From positions 1 through 39,348 of the forward strand of contig CATMOE010000034.1 in assembly GCA_950072105.1 (NCBI GenBank): 39,348 bases of DNA, written 5' to 3'. A program made the position numbers and the translations under genes. The notes below the pieces were generated by a model. It ran no database searches. It was not told the DNA's origin and saw only the letters and a program-made list of their open reading frames with translations. This document shows positions 1-10,881 of the stretch, in pieces. The stretch comes from an uncultured Dehalococcoidia bacterium (lineage in GTDB: Bacteria; Chloroflexota; Dehalococcoidia; Lucifugimonadales; UBA3495). The number at the start of each line of letters is the position of its first letter. The stretch's first letter is position 1.

Positions 1-1350
1 GCTCACCGCCCCGAGTCGAAGGGCATCTCTTACGGCGCTGTGGACCTCTTGCTTCCGGAAGTTCTCCATCAGTCTCAGCACCTGGACGAACTCGCGCTTT
101 CCTCGCTTGCCCATCCGGGACTCCAGCAACCGCCGCAGTACGGCGAACTCCTCGGGCAACTCCCACCCAACAAGTGGCGCCGCCTGGTCGAGAGCCCCCG
201 TCTTCTGCTCCAGTAACGGGAGGTAGTGCAGAGGGTCGAAGACGAAGTCATCTCGCTCATAGGACCTGAGGTGACGGGCGATGACCTCCGACCCGCAGCT
301 GATCACTACCTCGTGTACATAGCCACGGACCAGCACGTCCCGATGACCGTAGGCCACCGGCACAGAGTAGTCGTTGGTCCGGTACCTGACCAGTGACAGA
401 GAACTGACCCGGGTCGCGTGCTTGTCGCAGGCGTCGTAGGGAACCTGGGGGAGAGCCAGTAGAACCTGCCGGTCTCGCTCCAGCCGTTCTCCAATCGTCT
501 CCTTGTGTCCACGCAGGCGATCACCACGTCGCTTGTGGCATTGCTCTTCGAGATAGACGTTGAGGGCATCGAAACTATCGAAGGAGGGAATGGGGGTAAA
601 GAAGTTCCGGCGGGCATAACCGACAAGGCCTTCCACCTTCCCCTTGTCGTTCCCCTTCCCCGGACGGCCAAAGCGGTCCTCGAACAGGTAGTGCGACTGT
701 AGCTCGGCGAAGGCCCGGGTGCGCTGACGACGGCCGTCTCCAAGGATGCGGGCTACCGCAATCGTGGTGTTGTCGTAGAGCATGCTCTGGGGCACTCCGC
801 TGAAGAAAGCAAAGGCGGCGTTGTGACCGTCGCAAAAGGCTTCGGTGGTCTCCGCTGGATAGGCCTTCACAAAGCAGGCATCGCTGTGGGGCAGATCAAC
901 CGCCAGGAAGTGGGCTTTGCGCTTCACTCCCCCTATCACCACCAGTGCCTCGCCGAAGTCTGCCTGGCCATGGCCCGGTGGATGCGACAGCGGCACGAAC
1001 ATCTCCCGCATCCTCAGCCGCCGCTGCTGCACGTAGTCCTTCACGATCGTGTACTTGCCAGGGAACGAGTGCTCATCTCGCAAACGCTCGTATATCCGCT
1101 TGGCTGTGTGTCGCTGCTTCTTCGAAACCCCCAGGTCGTCTTGGAGGATCTGGTCGATCACCCCCTTGAACGGGTCCAGCTTGGGCCGGCGTGGTAACCC
1201 GCGCCGTTGGTACCCTGGTGCTACCGAGTACCTGAGCATCTTGCGCACCGTGTCTCGATGCAACCCGAACAGCCTGGCCGCCTCACGGATGCTCATCCCC
1301 TCTACGTGGCAGGCCCTGCGAATCCGACCGTATAACTCCACTCTGTACAT
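1..1350 (-). CDS. istA: IS21 family transposase IstA (3' end outside window)
   Basis: Manual translation from ATG at 1350 (SD GGGAGGG): MYRVELYGRIRRACHVEGMSIREAARLFGLHRDTVRKML...QADFG...MLYDNT...KGKVEGLVGY...NDYSVP. Frame is open to position 1. It is missing from the ORF track because there is no stop in the window. Confidence 0.93.
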   Translation of the reverse strand, partial: MYRVELYGRIRRACHVEGMSIREAARLFGLHRDTVRKMLRYSVAPGYQRRGLPRRPKLDPFKGVIDQILQDDLGVSKKQRHTAKRIYERLRDEHSFPGKYTIVKDYVQQRRLRMREMFVPLSHPPGHGQADFGEALVVIGGVKRKAHFLAVDLPHSDACFVKAYPAETTEAFCDGHNAAFAFFSGVPQSMLYDNTTIAVARILGDGRRQRTRAFAELQSHYLFEDRFGRPGKGNDKGKVEGLVGYARRNFFTPIPSFDSFDALNVYLEEQCHKRRGDRLRGHKETIGERLERDRQVLLALPQVPYDACDKHATRVSSLSLVRYRTNDYSVPVAYGHRDVLVRGYVHEVVISCGSEVIARHLRSYERDDFVFDPLHYLPLLEQKTGALDQAAPLVGWELPEEFAVLRRLLESRMGKRGKREFVQVLRLMENFRKQEVHSAVRDALRLGAVS

Positions 1351-1477
1351 CCCTCCCGCCTTCTCTCAAAGCATTCATCAATGCTCTTAAGTGAAGGCTT
1401 TGGGTGGTACACTTTTCAACCGCCCTCATCGGCCGTTTCCACCACCCTTGTGGGACATTACTACTCCGGCGTTTACA
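1..1477 (-). mobile_element. IS21 family insertion sequence, left end at 1477
   Basis: Minus strand begins TGTAAACGCCGGAGTAGTAATGTCCCAC with a related internal copy (GGCGGTTGAAAAGTGTACCACC, 1403-1424). This matches the TGT terminus and repeated subterminal motifs of IS21 ends, upstream of istA. Confidence 0.85.
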
Positions 1478-2071
1478 CCCACGAATGACGGCTTAACTTT
1501 GATCGTGATGGCTTGGCCCCGTGACCAGTTCCACGCCATCCGGGTGGACATCGAAAAGAACTATATGGAAACCATTGATCTGGTTCCCGGTTTGGCCGAG
1601 CGGGTGCGGGAGGGACACCGGGAAGAACGGTTCTACGGCACCGCCGATCTACCGAACTTCTTTCGAAAGCCCTACGGTCAGGGCTGGGCGCTGGTCGGCG
1701 ATGCCGGCTATAACAAGGACCCCATCACGGCCTTTGGGATAAGCGACGCTTTCCGGGATGCCCAGCTTCTCTCCGAGGCTATCGATGACGGCATGTCCGG
1801 CCGGGCGGCTCTTGAGGGAGCGCTGGGGGAATGCGAGCGCCGACGAAACGAATCAGCCATGCCCCTTTATGAGACAATCCTGAGGGCCGCGGAATATGAC
1901 CAGCATCATCCCCGCTCTATGGAGCTACGGGCCGCCCTCCAAGGCAACCAACCGGACACCGACCTCTTCATGGGTGTGCTGACCGGTTCGGTCCCGAAAG
2001 AAGAGTTCTTCAACTCCCAAAACATCCGCCGGATTCTCAGCCAGGCCAAGGACGGGGGTTCGGCGGTTTAG
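1478..2071 (+). pseudogene. 3' half of an NAD(P)/FAD-dependent oxidoreductase (geranylgeranyl-reductase-like), interrupted by IS21
   Basis: Frame PTNDGLT...WALVGDAGYNKDPITAFGISDAFRDA (C-terminal GD FAD motif) starts exactly at the IS end. No N-terminal GxGxxG Rossmann motif; the first 29 aa of ORF 1391..2071 are IS sequence. Confidence 0.8.
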
Positions 2072-2168
2072 GGGTCGCGCTAACCTTCCGGAGCCGAGGT
2101 CAGTTAGTGGTCCCCGAACGGTCAGCTTCAATCCGATATGAACAGGTCGTGTGAGATCGCAGGTGCGC

Positions 2169-2723
2169 CTACGGGCGTTTGGGTAAGACGGGTGCGCCTT
2201 CGGCTGGCTGTGTGTCCGTCGATATCAATGTGCAACTCATCATCGTATAGTGGCCGATGAGAGCCCCCAGGACGATGGTATTAGCTTCACCGAACTGGTT
2301 CACTGCCGCGTCAAATGCCTCTTGAGAAAGCTTGTGATCGCCAACCACCTCTCTACCGAAGCGAACGATCACCACTTCATTCTCGGTTAGACCATCCAGG
2401 CTTCCAAAGTTTGCGACAATATCTACCGCTTCCGGTCTGACACCTGCTTTCAATGCAGCTTGAGAGTGACCCGACCATACATAATCGCAGTCCATTTCGC
2501 GTGCGGCGGTAATGATCGCGAGTTCGGTGTCATGATCGGAAAGATGAGACCGGTATCGTAAAGAGTCGCTGAGGTCATTTGAACATCGAGCGATCTCTGG
2601 AACGTACATGTGCATGGACTGAGGAGCGTTGATGGCGCCTCTGGACTTGATAATAGCGTCAAACGCTGCCAAACCGTCTTCGCCTACTTGCTCTCGCTTG
2701 GTGATTGGCGTTAATCGGGGCAT
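2169..2723 (-). CDS. carboxymuconolactone decarboxylase / AhpD-like family protein
   Basis: ELAIITAAREMDCDYVWSGH...ALKAGV motif; ATG at 2723 with SD GGAGGG. Confidence 0.75.
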   Translation of the reverse strand: MPRLTPITKREQVGEDGLAAFDAIIKSRGAINAPQSMHMYVPEIARCSNDLSDSLRYRSHLSDHDTELAIITAAREMDCDYVWSGHSQAALKAGVRPEAVDIVANFGSLDGLTENEVVIVRFGREVVGDHKLSQEAFDAAVNQFGEANTIVLGALIGHYTMMSCTLISTDTQPAEGAPVLPKRP

Positions 2724-2885
2724 GAGTATCCCTCCACTTGTAATCTCGGATGGATGCGGTTTCTGCCGGCACGCTTTCGTACATGCCGGTGGTTTACATA
2801 AAGCATTGTTAGTTTCAGAATCGCCGTAGCATAAGACCAATCGGTCGTTGCGTGAAGTTCCTAAACAGTACGAGGCGTTTTGGCG

Positions 2886-3812
2886 TTAGATCGATGCCTC
2901 AATCCTCATTGCCCAGGGCTTGAGGATGGCGTAGAGGGCGTTGTTTACTGGGGTGGGTGTGTTGGTTTCCCGGCCTAGGCGAACCAGGGTGCCGGTTATG
3001 CCTTCCAACTCCACCAATCGGCCCTCGGAGAAGTCTTTGGCTAGGGAGGCTCGTCCTTGAGCGGGGAAGTTATCCATGGCGTTGATGGCCCGTTCTAGGG
3101 TGCCATCGATTATGGGGGCTCCGCTGGCTTTGCCAACGGATAGAGTTTCTTCCATCGCCGCTATGATAAGCGCTCTGGTCTCGGGAAGGGTCCGCATCTC
3201 TTCATAAACGGAGTTGGTGGCGGCGTTGACGGCCGCCGGTCCGGCGATGGCGGCGAACTTCATCCAAAGCATCCCCGGCATGTTTTCCTGAAGCTCCACC
3301 CTCCAGCCGGCGTGCTGGAATACCTCCAGGAGGTTCCTGCCTCGTTCGGTGATCCCCGGTTGCATCTCCCCGAAGTTTGTAGTGCCGGGACCCCCTTGGG
3401 AAACAACCCCCGGCTCAACGATCCGTCCTTCCATGAATGCCGAGCCAATCATCACGTGATCCGCGCCCAGGGCCGCGGCCAACTGATCGCCGTTGTCGAC
3501 GCCGTTCTGTTGGGTGAGAACAACGGTATCGGGCCCTACCAGCGCCTTAGTGGCCTCGATGGCCGGGGCGTTTTGAAACATCTTGACGTTGAAAAGCACC
3601 AGGTCTTGAGGTCCGGCCTCGGAGGTGTCTTCCACGGCGTTGCCCGGGGCGGTGAAGGAGCCGTCATTGGTGCTGTCGACCTTCAAGCCATGCTGCTGAA
3701 TCGCCGCCAAGTGGGCGCCGCGGGCTACAAAGGTAACGTCATGCCCATCCCGGGCCAAAAGCCCGCCAAAATAACCGCCCACTCCTCCGGTTCCCATAAC
3801 CCCAATCTTCAT
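2886..3812 (-). CDS. panE: 2-dehydropantoate 2-reductase (ketopantoate reductase family)
   Basis: MKIGVMGTGGVGGYFG, QQNG, LWMKF, ASLAKDFSEGRLVELE motifs. Confidence 0.88.
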   Translation of the reverse strand: MKIGVMGTGGVGGYFGGLLARDGHDVTFVARGAHLAAIQQHGLKVDSTNDGSFTAPGNAVEDTSEAGPQDLVLFNVKMFQNAPAIEATKALVGPDTVVLTQQNGVDNGDQLAAALGADHVMIGSAFMEGRIVEPGVVSQGGPGTTNFGEMQPGITERGRNLLEVFQHAGWRVELQENMPGMLWMKFAAIAGPAAVNAATNSVYEEMRTLPETRALIIAAMEETLSVGKASGAPIIDGTLERAINAMDNFPAQGRASLAKDFSEGRLVELEGITGTLVRLGRETNTPTPVNNALYAILKPWAMRIEASI

Positions 3813-3836
3813 CCTTGATTATCTCCCGGCAGGATT

Positions 3837-3904
3837 GCCACAGAGACACAGAGAACACGGAAATTAATTAAATTTTATCTCCGTCCTCTCTGTGTTTCTG
3901 TGGC
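3837..3904. repeat. REP-like intergenic inverted repeat
   Basis: GCCACAGAGACACAGAGA...TCTCTGTGTTTCTGTGGC arms around an AT-rich centre. Confidence 0.7.
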
Positions 3905-3914
3905 TAATTTAGGC

Positions 3915-5459
3915 CTAGCCGTATTGTTCCCGCAGGTCCCGCTTGAGCACTTTGCCCATGACGTTTCGCGGCAATTCGTCGATGAATACCACCGACCGGG
4001 GGCGTTTGAAGCTGGATAGACGCTCGTTGCAGTATTGGATCAGCTCGTCTTCGTCCACACCGCCTTCCCGTCCGACTACCACGGCGCGGACTTCCTCGCC
4101 CCACTCCACGTCAGGTATGCCGATGACCGCCGCGTCGTCCACGTTGGGGTGGGACATGAGGACTTGCTCCACCTCTTCCGGAGAAACCATTTCCCCGCCC
4201 CTCTTTATGAAGTCCTTGGCCCGGCCCGACAGGTAGATGTAGTCGTCCTCATCCTGGTAACCCAGGTCACCGGTGTAGATCCAACCGGAGCGGAGGACTT
4301 CTTGGGTGGCGGCCTCTTGCTGCCAGTAGCCACGCATCATCCGCGAACTTCGGGCCACGATCTCGCCTACCTCTCCCGAGGCGACGGTGTTGCCTTCCTC
4401 GTCGACTATCTGTACTTCCACGTCTTCCAAAGGCTTGCCTATAGAGGTCAGCCGGCGGATTTTCTTATCGATCTCTTCCTGCGTCCCCTCCAGTACGTGG
4501 TCTTCCGGGGGCAGCATGGTGATGGTTGAGGCCGTCTCGGTCTGGCCGAAGGCATTGATAAACCGGGCTCCGGGGAATTTATTGATGGCGTCCCTTATGA
4601 CCTCCATGGGCATGGGGGCCGCGCCGTAGGTGATGACGTCCAGGGAGGAAAGATCGAAGTCCCCAAACTTGGGGTGTTCCATGACGTGCTTCAACATGGT
4701 GGGTACCAGCATGGCGCGGTCGGCGCGGTGGATCTGGACCAAGCTCATCCACTCTTCGGCTTCAAACTGGCGCATTATCAACATGGTTCGGCCGCCGTAG
4801 ATCGCCGCCAGGGAGGCTTGAAGACCGGCGATATGGTAAAGAGGGACGGTCACCAGATTGGTCTCTTCAACATCCGGGTCGGCCGGGTTGACCGTGGACA
4901 ACAGCAGCCCGGAGAAGCTTTCGTGGCTCAGCATCACGCCCTTAGGCACTCCGGTGGTGCCGGCGGTGAACATGATTACCGTGGTGTCATCATCGTCCGA
5001 CTCCGGGAAGTGAAGTTGATCGGCCATGGCGCCGGCAACCAGATCGTCATAGCTGATCCTTCCATCTGTGGCCGGCCCGTCCAATACCACTACCCGATCG
5101 GCGGGCATCCCTTCGTGGGACGAGATCAATGGCAGGTATCGCTCTCCGATGAACAGCATGCTGGGCTGGGCGATATCCAGCATTATTTTCAACTCCTCGG
5201 ACTTGGCCCGAAAGTTGATGGGAACGTAGATAGCGTCCAGTTGGGCGGCGGCGAAGTAGAGTTCGATGCAATGTGGCGTGTTGACCTGCATCATGGCTAC
5301 CCGGTCGCCGGCGGCCACGCCCCGGTCAGACAAGGCGTTGGCCAGTTTATTTACCTTCTCCTGAAATTCGGCGAAGGTGGTGGCTTCGCCGTCGAAGTAC
5401 ATGACTGGGCGATCCGGGACGATGGCGGCGGAAATCATCAAAAATTCTGAGGTATTCAT
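3915..5459 (-). CDS. long-chain acyl-CoA synthetase / AMP-binding enzyme
   Basis: FTAGTTGVPKG, FGQTE, TGDLG, GRAKDFIKRGGE, LPRNVMGKV adenylate-forming motifs. Confidence 0.92.
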   Translation of the reverse strand: MNTSEFLMISAAIVPDRPVMYFDGEATTFAEFQEKVNKLANALSDRGVAAGDRVAMMQVNTPHCIELYFAAAQLDAIYVPINFRAKSEELKIMLDIAQPSMLFIGERYLPLISSHEGMPADRVVVLDGPATDGRISYDDLVAGAMADQLHFPESDDDDTTVIMFTAGTTGVPKGVMLSHESFSGLLLSTVNPADPDVEETNLVTVPLYHIAGLQASLAAIYGGRTMLIMRQFEAEEWMSLVQIHRADRAMLVPTMLKHVMEHPKFGDFDLSSLDVITYGAAPMPMEVIRDAINKFPGARFINAFGQTETASTITMLPPEDHVLEGTQEEIDKKIRRLTSIGKPLEDVEVQIVDEEGNTVASGEVGEIVARSSRMMRGYWQQEAATQEVLRSGWIYTGDLGYQDEDDYIYLSGRAKDFIKRGGEMVSPEEVEQVLMSHPNVDDAAVIGIPDVEWGEEVRAVVVGREGGVDEDELIQYCNERLSSFKRPRSVVFIDELPRNVMGKVLKRDLREQYG

Positions 5460-5548
5460 TAAAATCTCTCCTGGGCGGTCTTCAATCTTGCTTGTTCAAT
5501 CTTCTTTTTTCGACGACGGGTTTATATCTGCTACTGGCCTGAGAAACG

Positions 5549-6265
5549 CTATCTCAAAATACCGCCGGCCAGTCTAGTTTCCATATCTAAAGCCTCGGCC
5601 AGCGGTAAGTCCTGGCCCAATCTCAAAGTGGATTTGGCGGCGGCGACGGTATCGGGGTGCAACTCGGCCAGACGGCGGGCTGCATCCATCGACTCTTCCA
5701 GCAGGTTTTCCGGAGCCACCAGACGGGTCACAAGGCCCATGGCCAATGCTTCCGCCGCGTCGAATCTCCGGCCGGTGAGCAGGATGTCCATCGCTCCACT
5801 TTGCCGGGTGTTTCTGGGCAAGGTTTGGCTGCCTCCCGCCGCTGGAATCATCCCCAGTTGCACCTCAGGCAGAGCAAAGATAGTCCCCTGGGCGGCTAGG
5901 CGCAAGTCACCCAACAAGGCGATCTCCAGTCCAGAGCCGATGCAATAACCGTGAACCGCAATGACTATCGGCTTGGGCAGACTTAGGAACTGTCCCCAAA
6001 CGTCCCGTTGCCAGCGCACGCGGCGGGCCACCTCTTGGGACGGAGCCGTGCCGAACTCGGTCAGGTCGGCTCCGGCGCAGAAGGCTCTGCCCTCTCCGGT
6101 GATCAGCACGGCGCCTATGTCTGGGTCGTCTTGCACCGCTGAAAGAACTTCGGAAAAATCGTCCCGCATCTGCATGTTGTAGGCGTTCAGAACGCCCGGA
6201 CGGTTCAGGCTGATGCGGGCCACGCCGTCCGTCTTGTCGAAAAGTAATGTGTCGAAACCGGGCAT
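5549..6265 (-). CDS. enoyl-CoA hydratase/isomerase family protein
   Basis: AFCAGADL, GSGLE, FALPEVQLGMIP with both catalytic Glu; start re-assigned to MPGFDT just after the upstream stop. Confidence 0.9.
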   Translation of the reverse strand: MPGFDTLLFDKTDGVARISLNRPGVLNAYNMQMRDDFSEVLSAVQDDPDIGAVLITGEGRAFCAGADLTEFGTAPSQEVARRVRWQRDVWGQFLSLPKPIVIAVHGYCIGSGLEIALLGDLRLAAQGTIFALPEVQLGMIPAAGGSQTLPRNTRQSGAMDILLTGRRFDAAEALAMGLVTRLVAPENLLEESMDAARRLAELHPDTVAAAKSTLRLGQDLPLAEALDMETRLAGGILR

Positions 6266-6272
6266 GCCGTCC

Positions 6273-6824
6273 TTAACCTTGTGTCCCGGCCGGGGAAGCC
6301 CGGCGATAGAGTTCGTCCAGGTCGACCTCGGTGTGCCGGAGACCGATGTTCTCAAGATTGTGGGCGTCGCTGACCTCCACCAACAGAAGGTCGTGGGCCT
6401 TGGCGATCTCCGCCACTTGGGGTTTGCGGATGTGCCAATTGTGGATGTAGTTGTCAATCTCTATGCCGTGCACATTCTCTTCGATGATGATGTTGGGCGA
6501 GTAGTATCCCGGATGGCAGTAGATCCGGAAAACCCCACCGTTGTCGAGGAATAACTCGCTGACTTGGTACTCATCGAAGGGGTTTTGGGGTGGACGTATC
6601 TCAATCTCCCAACCGGGGATAATTATGACCTCTCCGGGAAAGTGTTTATCCACCAGCTCCCGAAACTCCATGGACCACTCTTTATTGTGGTGGTCGGTGA
6701 TGGCGATCCCGTCGATACCCTGAGACTTGATCTGGGCCACGACTTTCTCCGCGATGCTCAAAGACGGCGGTTGAAAGTTGAATGCCTCCCATACGTGGGT
6801 GTGCAGGTCCAGTTTTACTTTCAC
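6273..6824 (-). CDS. PHP-domain metallophosphoesterase
   Basis: DLHTH, AITDH, GWE, HP, GIE, SDAH motifs. Confidence 0.85.
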   Translation of the reverse strand: MKVKLDLHTHVWEAFNFQPPSLSIAEKVVAQIKSQGIDGIAITDHHNKEWSMEFRELVDKHFPGEVIIIPGWEIEIRPPQNPFDEYQVSELFLDNGGVFRIYCHPGYYSPNIIIEENVHGIEIDNYIHNWHIRKPQVAEIAKAHDLLLVEVSDAHNLENIGLRHTEVDLDELYRRASPAGTQG

Positions 6825-6884
6825 CCAGCTAGACTCCTTTCCGGAAAGTTTCTGCCTGAAATCTGACGGCTGATAGCTGACATT

Positions 6885-7667
6885 TTACGTTCCCGTGTAC
6901 CGGGGAGGTCGCCGCTCCAAGAATGACTTGATACCTTCGGCGCGGTCGGCGGTGCTTTGGAGCAGCACGTTCAGGTCGGCCTCCAGACGAAGGCCCTGAT
7001 CTAGCGTCAGGTCCGCTCCCTGATTAACTGCTTCCTTGGCATAGCGCGCGGCGATGGCGCCCCCTGACAGGATACTCTCGGCCAGAATTCGTGTCTCTTC
7101 GATCAGTCGACCGCTGTCCACGACCCGATTAACCAGGCCAATGGCTAATGCCTCGGTGGCGTCGATGATGCGGGACGTGAGAATCATATCCCGAGCCCAA
7201 GCTGGGCCCACCAAGCGGGGCAGCCGTTGGGTGGCGCCGTCCCAAGGGAAGGCGCCGGCGGCCAGGTCCGTCAAGCCAAACTTGGAACTTGACGAGGCAA
7301 CCCTGATGTCCCCGGCGATGGCCAACTCCAAGCCATGGTCCACGGCGTCGCCATTGACCGCGACGATTACCGGCACCTGGATGGCCGCGATGGCCGAAGC
7401 GGCTTGGATTCCCTTCAGCCAATCCAGGCTAGCGCTTGCGGGACTGCCGGACAGATCTTCCGGCAACGACTCCCGGCCCACTGAGAACTGGTCTCCCTCA
7501 CCGGTGAGAATCACCAAGCGAATGTTCTCATCCGCCTGTATCGCCTGGCAAACTTCGCGCAGCTCGGTTGCCATCTCGAGGCTGACTCGATTGGAGAGTT
7601 GTGGCCGCGAAAGGGTTACGGTGGCTATCGGGCCATCCTGTTGGTGATGTATGGAACGGTATGGAAT
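6885..7667 (-). CDS. enoyl-CoA hydratase/isomerase family protein, divergent (start uncertain)
   Basis: Crotonase fold (IATVTLSRP, GLELAIAGDIR, GATQRLPRLVG, DRAEGIKSFLERR). ATG at 7796 lies in the groES -10 box; ATT at 7667 or GTG at 7727 are more plausible starts. Confidence 0.82.
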   Translation of the reverse strand: MPYRSIHHQQDGPIATVTLSRPQLSNRVSLEMATELREVCQAIQADENIRLVILTGEGDQFSVGRESLPEDLSGSPASASLDWLKGIQAASAIAAIQVPVIVAVNGDAVDHGLELAIAGDIRVASSSSKFGLTDLAAGAFPWDGATQRLPRLVGPAWARDMILTSRIIDATEALAIGLVNRVVDSGRLIEETRILAESILSGGAIAARYAKEAVNQGADLTLDQGLRLEADLNVLLQSTADRAEGIKSFLERRPPRYTGT

Positions 7668-7767
7668 CGCGTACTTCCCAGGGCCATTTCCCGCACTTTT
7701 TTGGGGGTGCGGGATACCGGCTTGCACCGCCGGTCCGGCAGCTAAATAGTATGGCCCGCACCGTCTC

Positions 7768-7796
7768 TTGACAAGGGTCAGTAGCTCATTTACCAT
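7768..7796 (+). promoter_or_regulatory. sigma70-type promoter of groESL
   Basis: TTGACA-17 nt-TACCAT. Confidence 0.8.
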
Positions 7797-7799
7797 AAC

Positions 7800-7826
7800 T
7801 TATCACTCTAGCACCTTGAGTGCTAA
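7800..7826. promoter_or_regulatory. CIRCE element (HrcA operator)
   Basis: TTATCACTC-N9-GAGTGCTAA, one mismatch from consensus TTAGCACTC-N9-GAGTGCTAA, directly upstream of groES. Confidence 0.92.
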
Positions 7827-7884
7827 AGGTGCGTCTAACGGGCAGAGACCCGAGTTTGAAAAGGTAAAGGACAAGGAGGTAAAC

Positions 7885-8175
7885 GTGGCAAACTTTGTGC
7901 CACTGGGCGAGCGAGTAGTCGTCAAGCCCATCGAGCAAGAATCAACGACCAAAGGTGGAATATTTCTACCGGACACTGCCAAGGAAAAACCCCAGGAGGG
8001 AGAGGTAGTAGCGGTAGGGCCGGGACGCGTTAGCGATGACGGAAGCCGCATCGCCATGGAGCTGTCCACGGGCGATCGGGTGATCTACTCCAAGTTCGCC
8101 GGGACCGAGTATAAGGACGGCGACGAAGAGTTCCTGATTCTTCGTGAGAGCGACATTCTGGCCAAGATCGGTTAA
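7885..8175 (+). CDS. groES: co-chaperonin GroES
   Basis: [41 protein letters not shown] start with SD AAGGAGGT. Confidence 0.97.
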   Translation: MANFVPLGERVVVKPIEQESTTKGGIFLPDTAKEKPQEGEVVAVGPGRVSDDGSRIAMELSTGDRVIYSKFAGTEYKDGDEEFLILRESDILAKIG

Positions 8176-8237
8176 TCAACCCAGCGGACCTTCGGGCCGC
8201 TTCTAGTTTCCGGGTTTATGCGTATTAAGGATGGTGA

Positions 8238-9863
<1,626 letters not shown>

Positions 9864-9887
9864 CCGGCGGACCCATTCAGTAGGTAC

Positions 9888-9925
9888 TTAAACGACCGCC
9901 CCGAGTCATCGGGGCGGTCGTTTAA
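9888..9925. terminator. intrinsic terminator hairpin after groEL
   Basis: TTAAACGACCGCCCCGA-GTCA-TCGGGGCGGTCGTTTAA perfect inverted repeat. Confidence 0.85.
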
Positions 9926-9955
9926 TGTCCGGGCCAATCGATGTCTAGGTAGTAG

Positions 9956-10666
9956 ATGAACGATCCCAGAGAGAACTCCGGCTCGACCGTCGCCAAGGGA
10001 ATAGTCTACCCTTCGCCGGAGGCTGCCTTGGCTGATATCGCGCAAGGAGCAACGGTGCTGATCGGAGGGTTTGCCGGTCTGGGACGGCCGGAGGGGCTGT
10101 TGCGCGCCCTGCTGGCCAATGGGGCGAAAGACCTCACCTGCATCTGCCAAGGCGCCTGGCCCCAATCACCTGAAATTATGGACGTGGCCGACCTGGTAGC
10201 CAACGGTCAAGTGCGTAAACTGATTGCCCCCTTGGGCTTTTACGCCGGCTCCGGCGGACCCGTGGCGGCCTTTTGGCAATCTGGGGAGCTGGATGTTGAA
10301 ACGGTCCCACCGGGTGTCCTTGCCGAACAGCTGCGGGCCGGGGGAGCGGGTCTTGCCGGCGTCTTCCTACCCGCCGCACCGATCGGCCGTTTCCTAGAAG
10401 GCAAGGAGGTCCGAAGGTTCGGGGACCGAGATTTCGTTTTCGAAAGCGCCATTAAGGCTGATTTCGCCCTGCTGCGGGCCGAAGAAGCCGACACCCTTGG
10501 CAATCTGATCTACCGGGGCTCCCAGCGGAATTGGAACCCAGTGATGGCCATGGCGGGACGCGTCAGCATCGCCGAAGTGTCCCTGGTCCACGAGCCGGGC
10601 GGTATTGACCCTGAAGCAGTGATTACCCCCGGAATCTTCGTTAACCGGGTGGTGCAGGCGGATTAG
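9956..10666 (+). CDS. family I 3-oxoacid CoA-transferase subunit A (divergent)
   Basis: LIGGF, GVLAEQLRAGGAG, ADTLGNL, RNWNPVMAMA, VITPGIFVNRVV. Confidence 0.85.
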   Translation: MNDPRENSGSTVAKGIVYPSPEAALADIAQGATVLIGGFAGLGRPEGLLRALLANGAKDLTCICQGAWPQSPEIMDVADLVANGQVRKLIAPLGFYAGSGGPVAAFWQSGELDVETVPPGVLAEQLRAGGAGLAGVFLPAAPIGRFLEGKEVRRFGDRDFVFESAIKADFALLRAEEADTLGNLIYRGSQRNWNPVMAMAGRVSIAEVSLVHEPGGIDPEAVITPGIFVNRVVQAD

Positions 10667-10677
10667 CTGAGGTTGCA

Positions 10678-10794
10678 GGGGTGGTTCGACAAGCTCACCA
10701 CGAACGGAAAGGGCTCCGATGCTGTGGGGGTGGTTCGACAAGCTCACCACGAACGCAATAGACTCTCGACCCGTTCGTCCTGAGCCTGTCGAAG
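10678..10794. repeat. REP-like cluster: two direct copies plus one inverted variant
   Basis: GGGGTGGTTCGACAAGCTCACCACGAACG at 10678-10706 and 10727-10755; inverted variant CCGTTCGTCCTGAGCCTGTCGAAG at 10771-10794. Confidence 0.85.
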
Positions 10795-10881
10795 AACAGC
10801 ACAGTCGGTTCAAAGGGATTTCGAATTTGAGGCCATATCCGAGGTAATGACCGCCATGATTGGAACCTGGATGTAAATTAC

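Noticed and set aside
75..1390. Many short ORFs in the ORF track over the IS region
   Set aside because: They are shadow frames of the minus-strand istA, which is open from 1350 to the window edge
10678..10755. Possible CRISPR array
   Set aside because: Only two direct copies, a 20-bp spacer, an inverted third copy and no cas genes; fits a REP-like element
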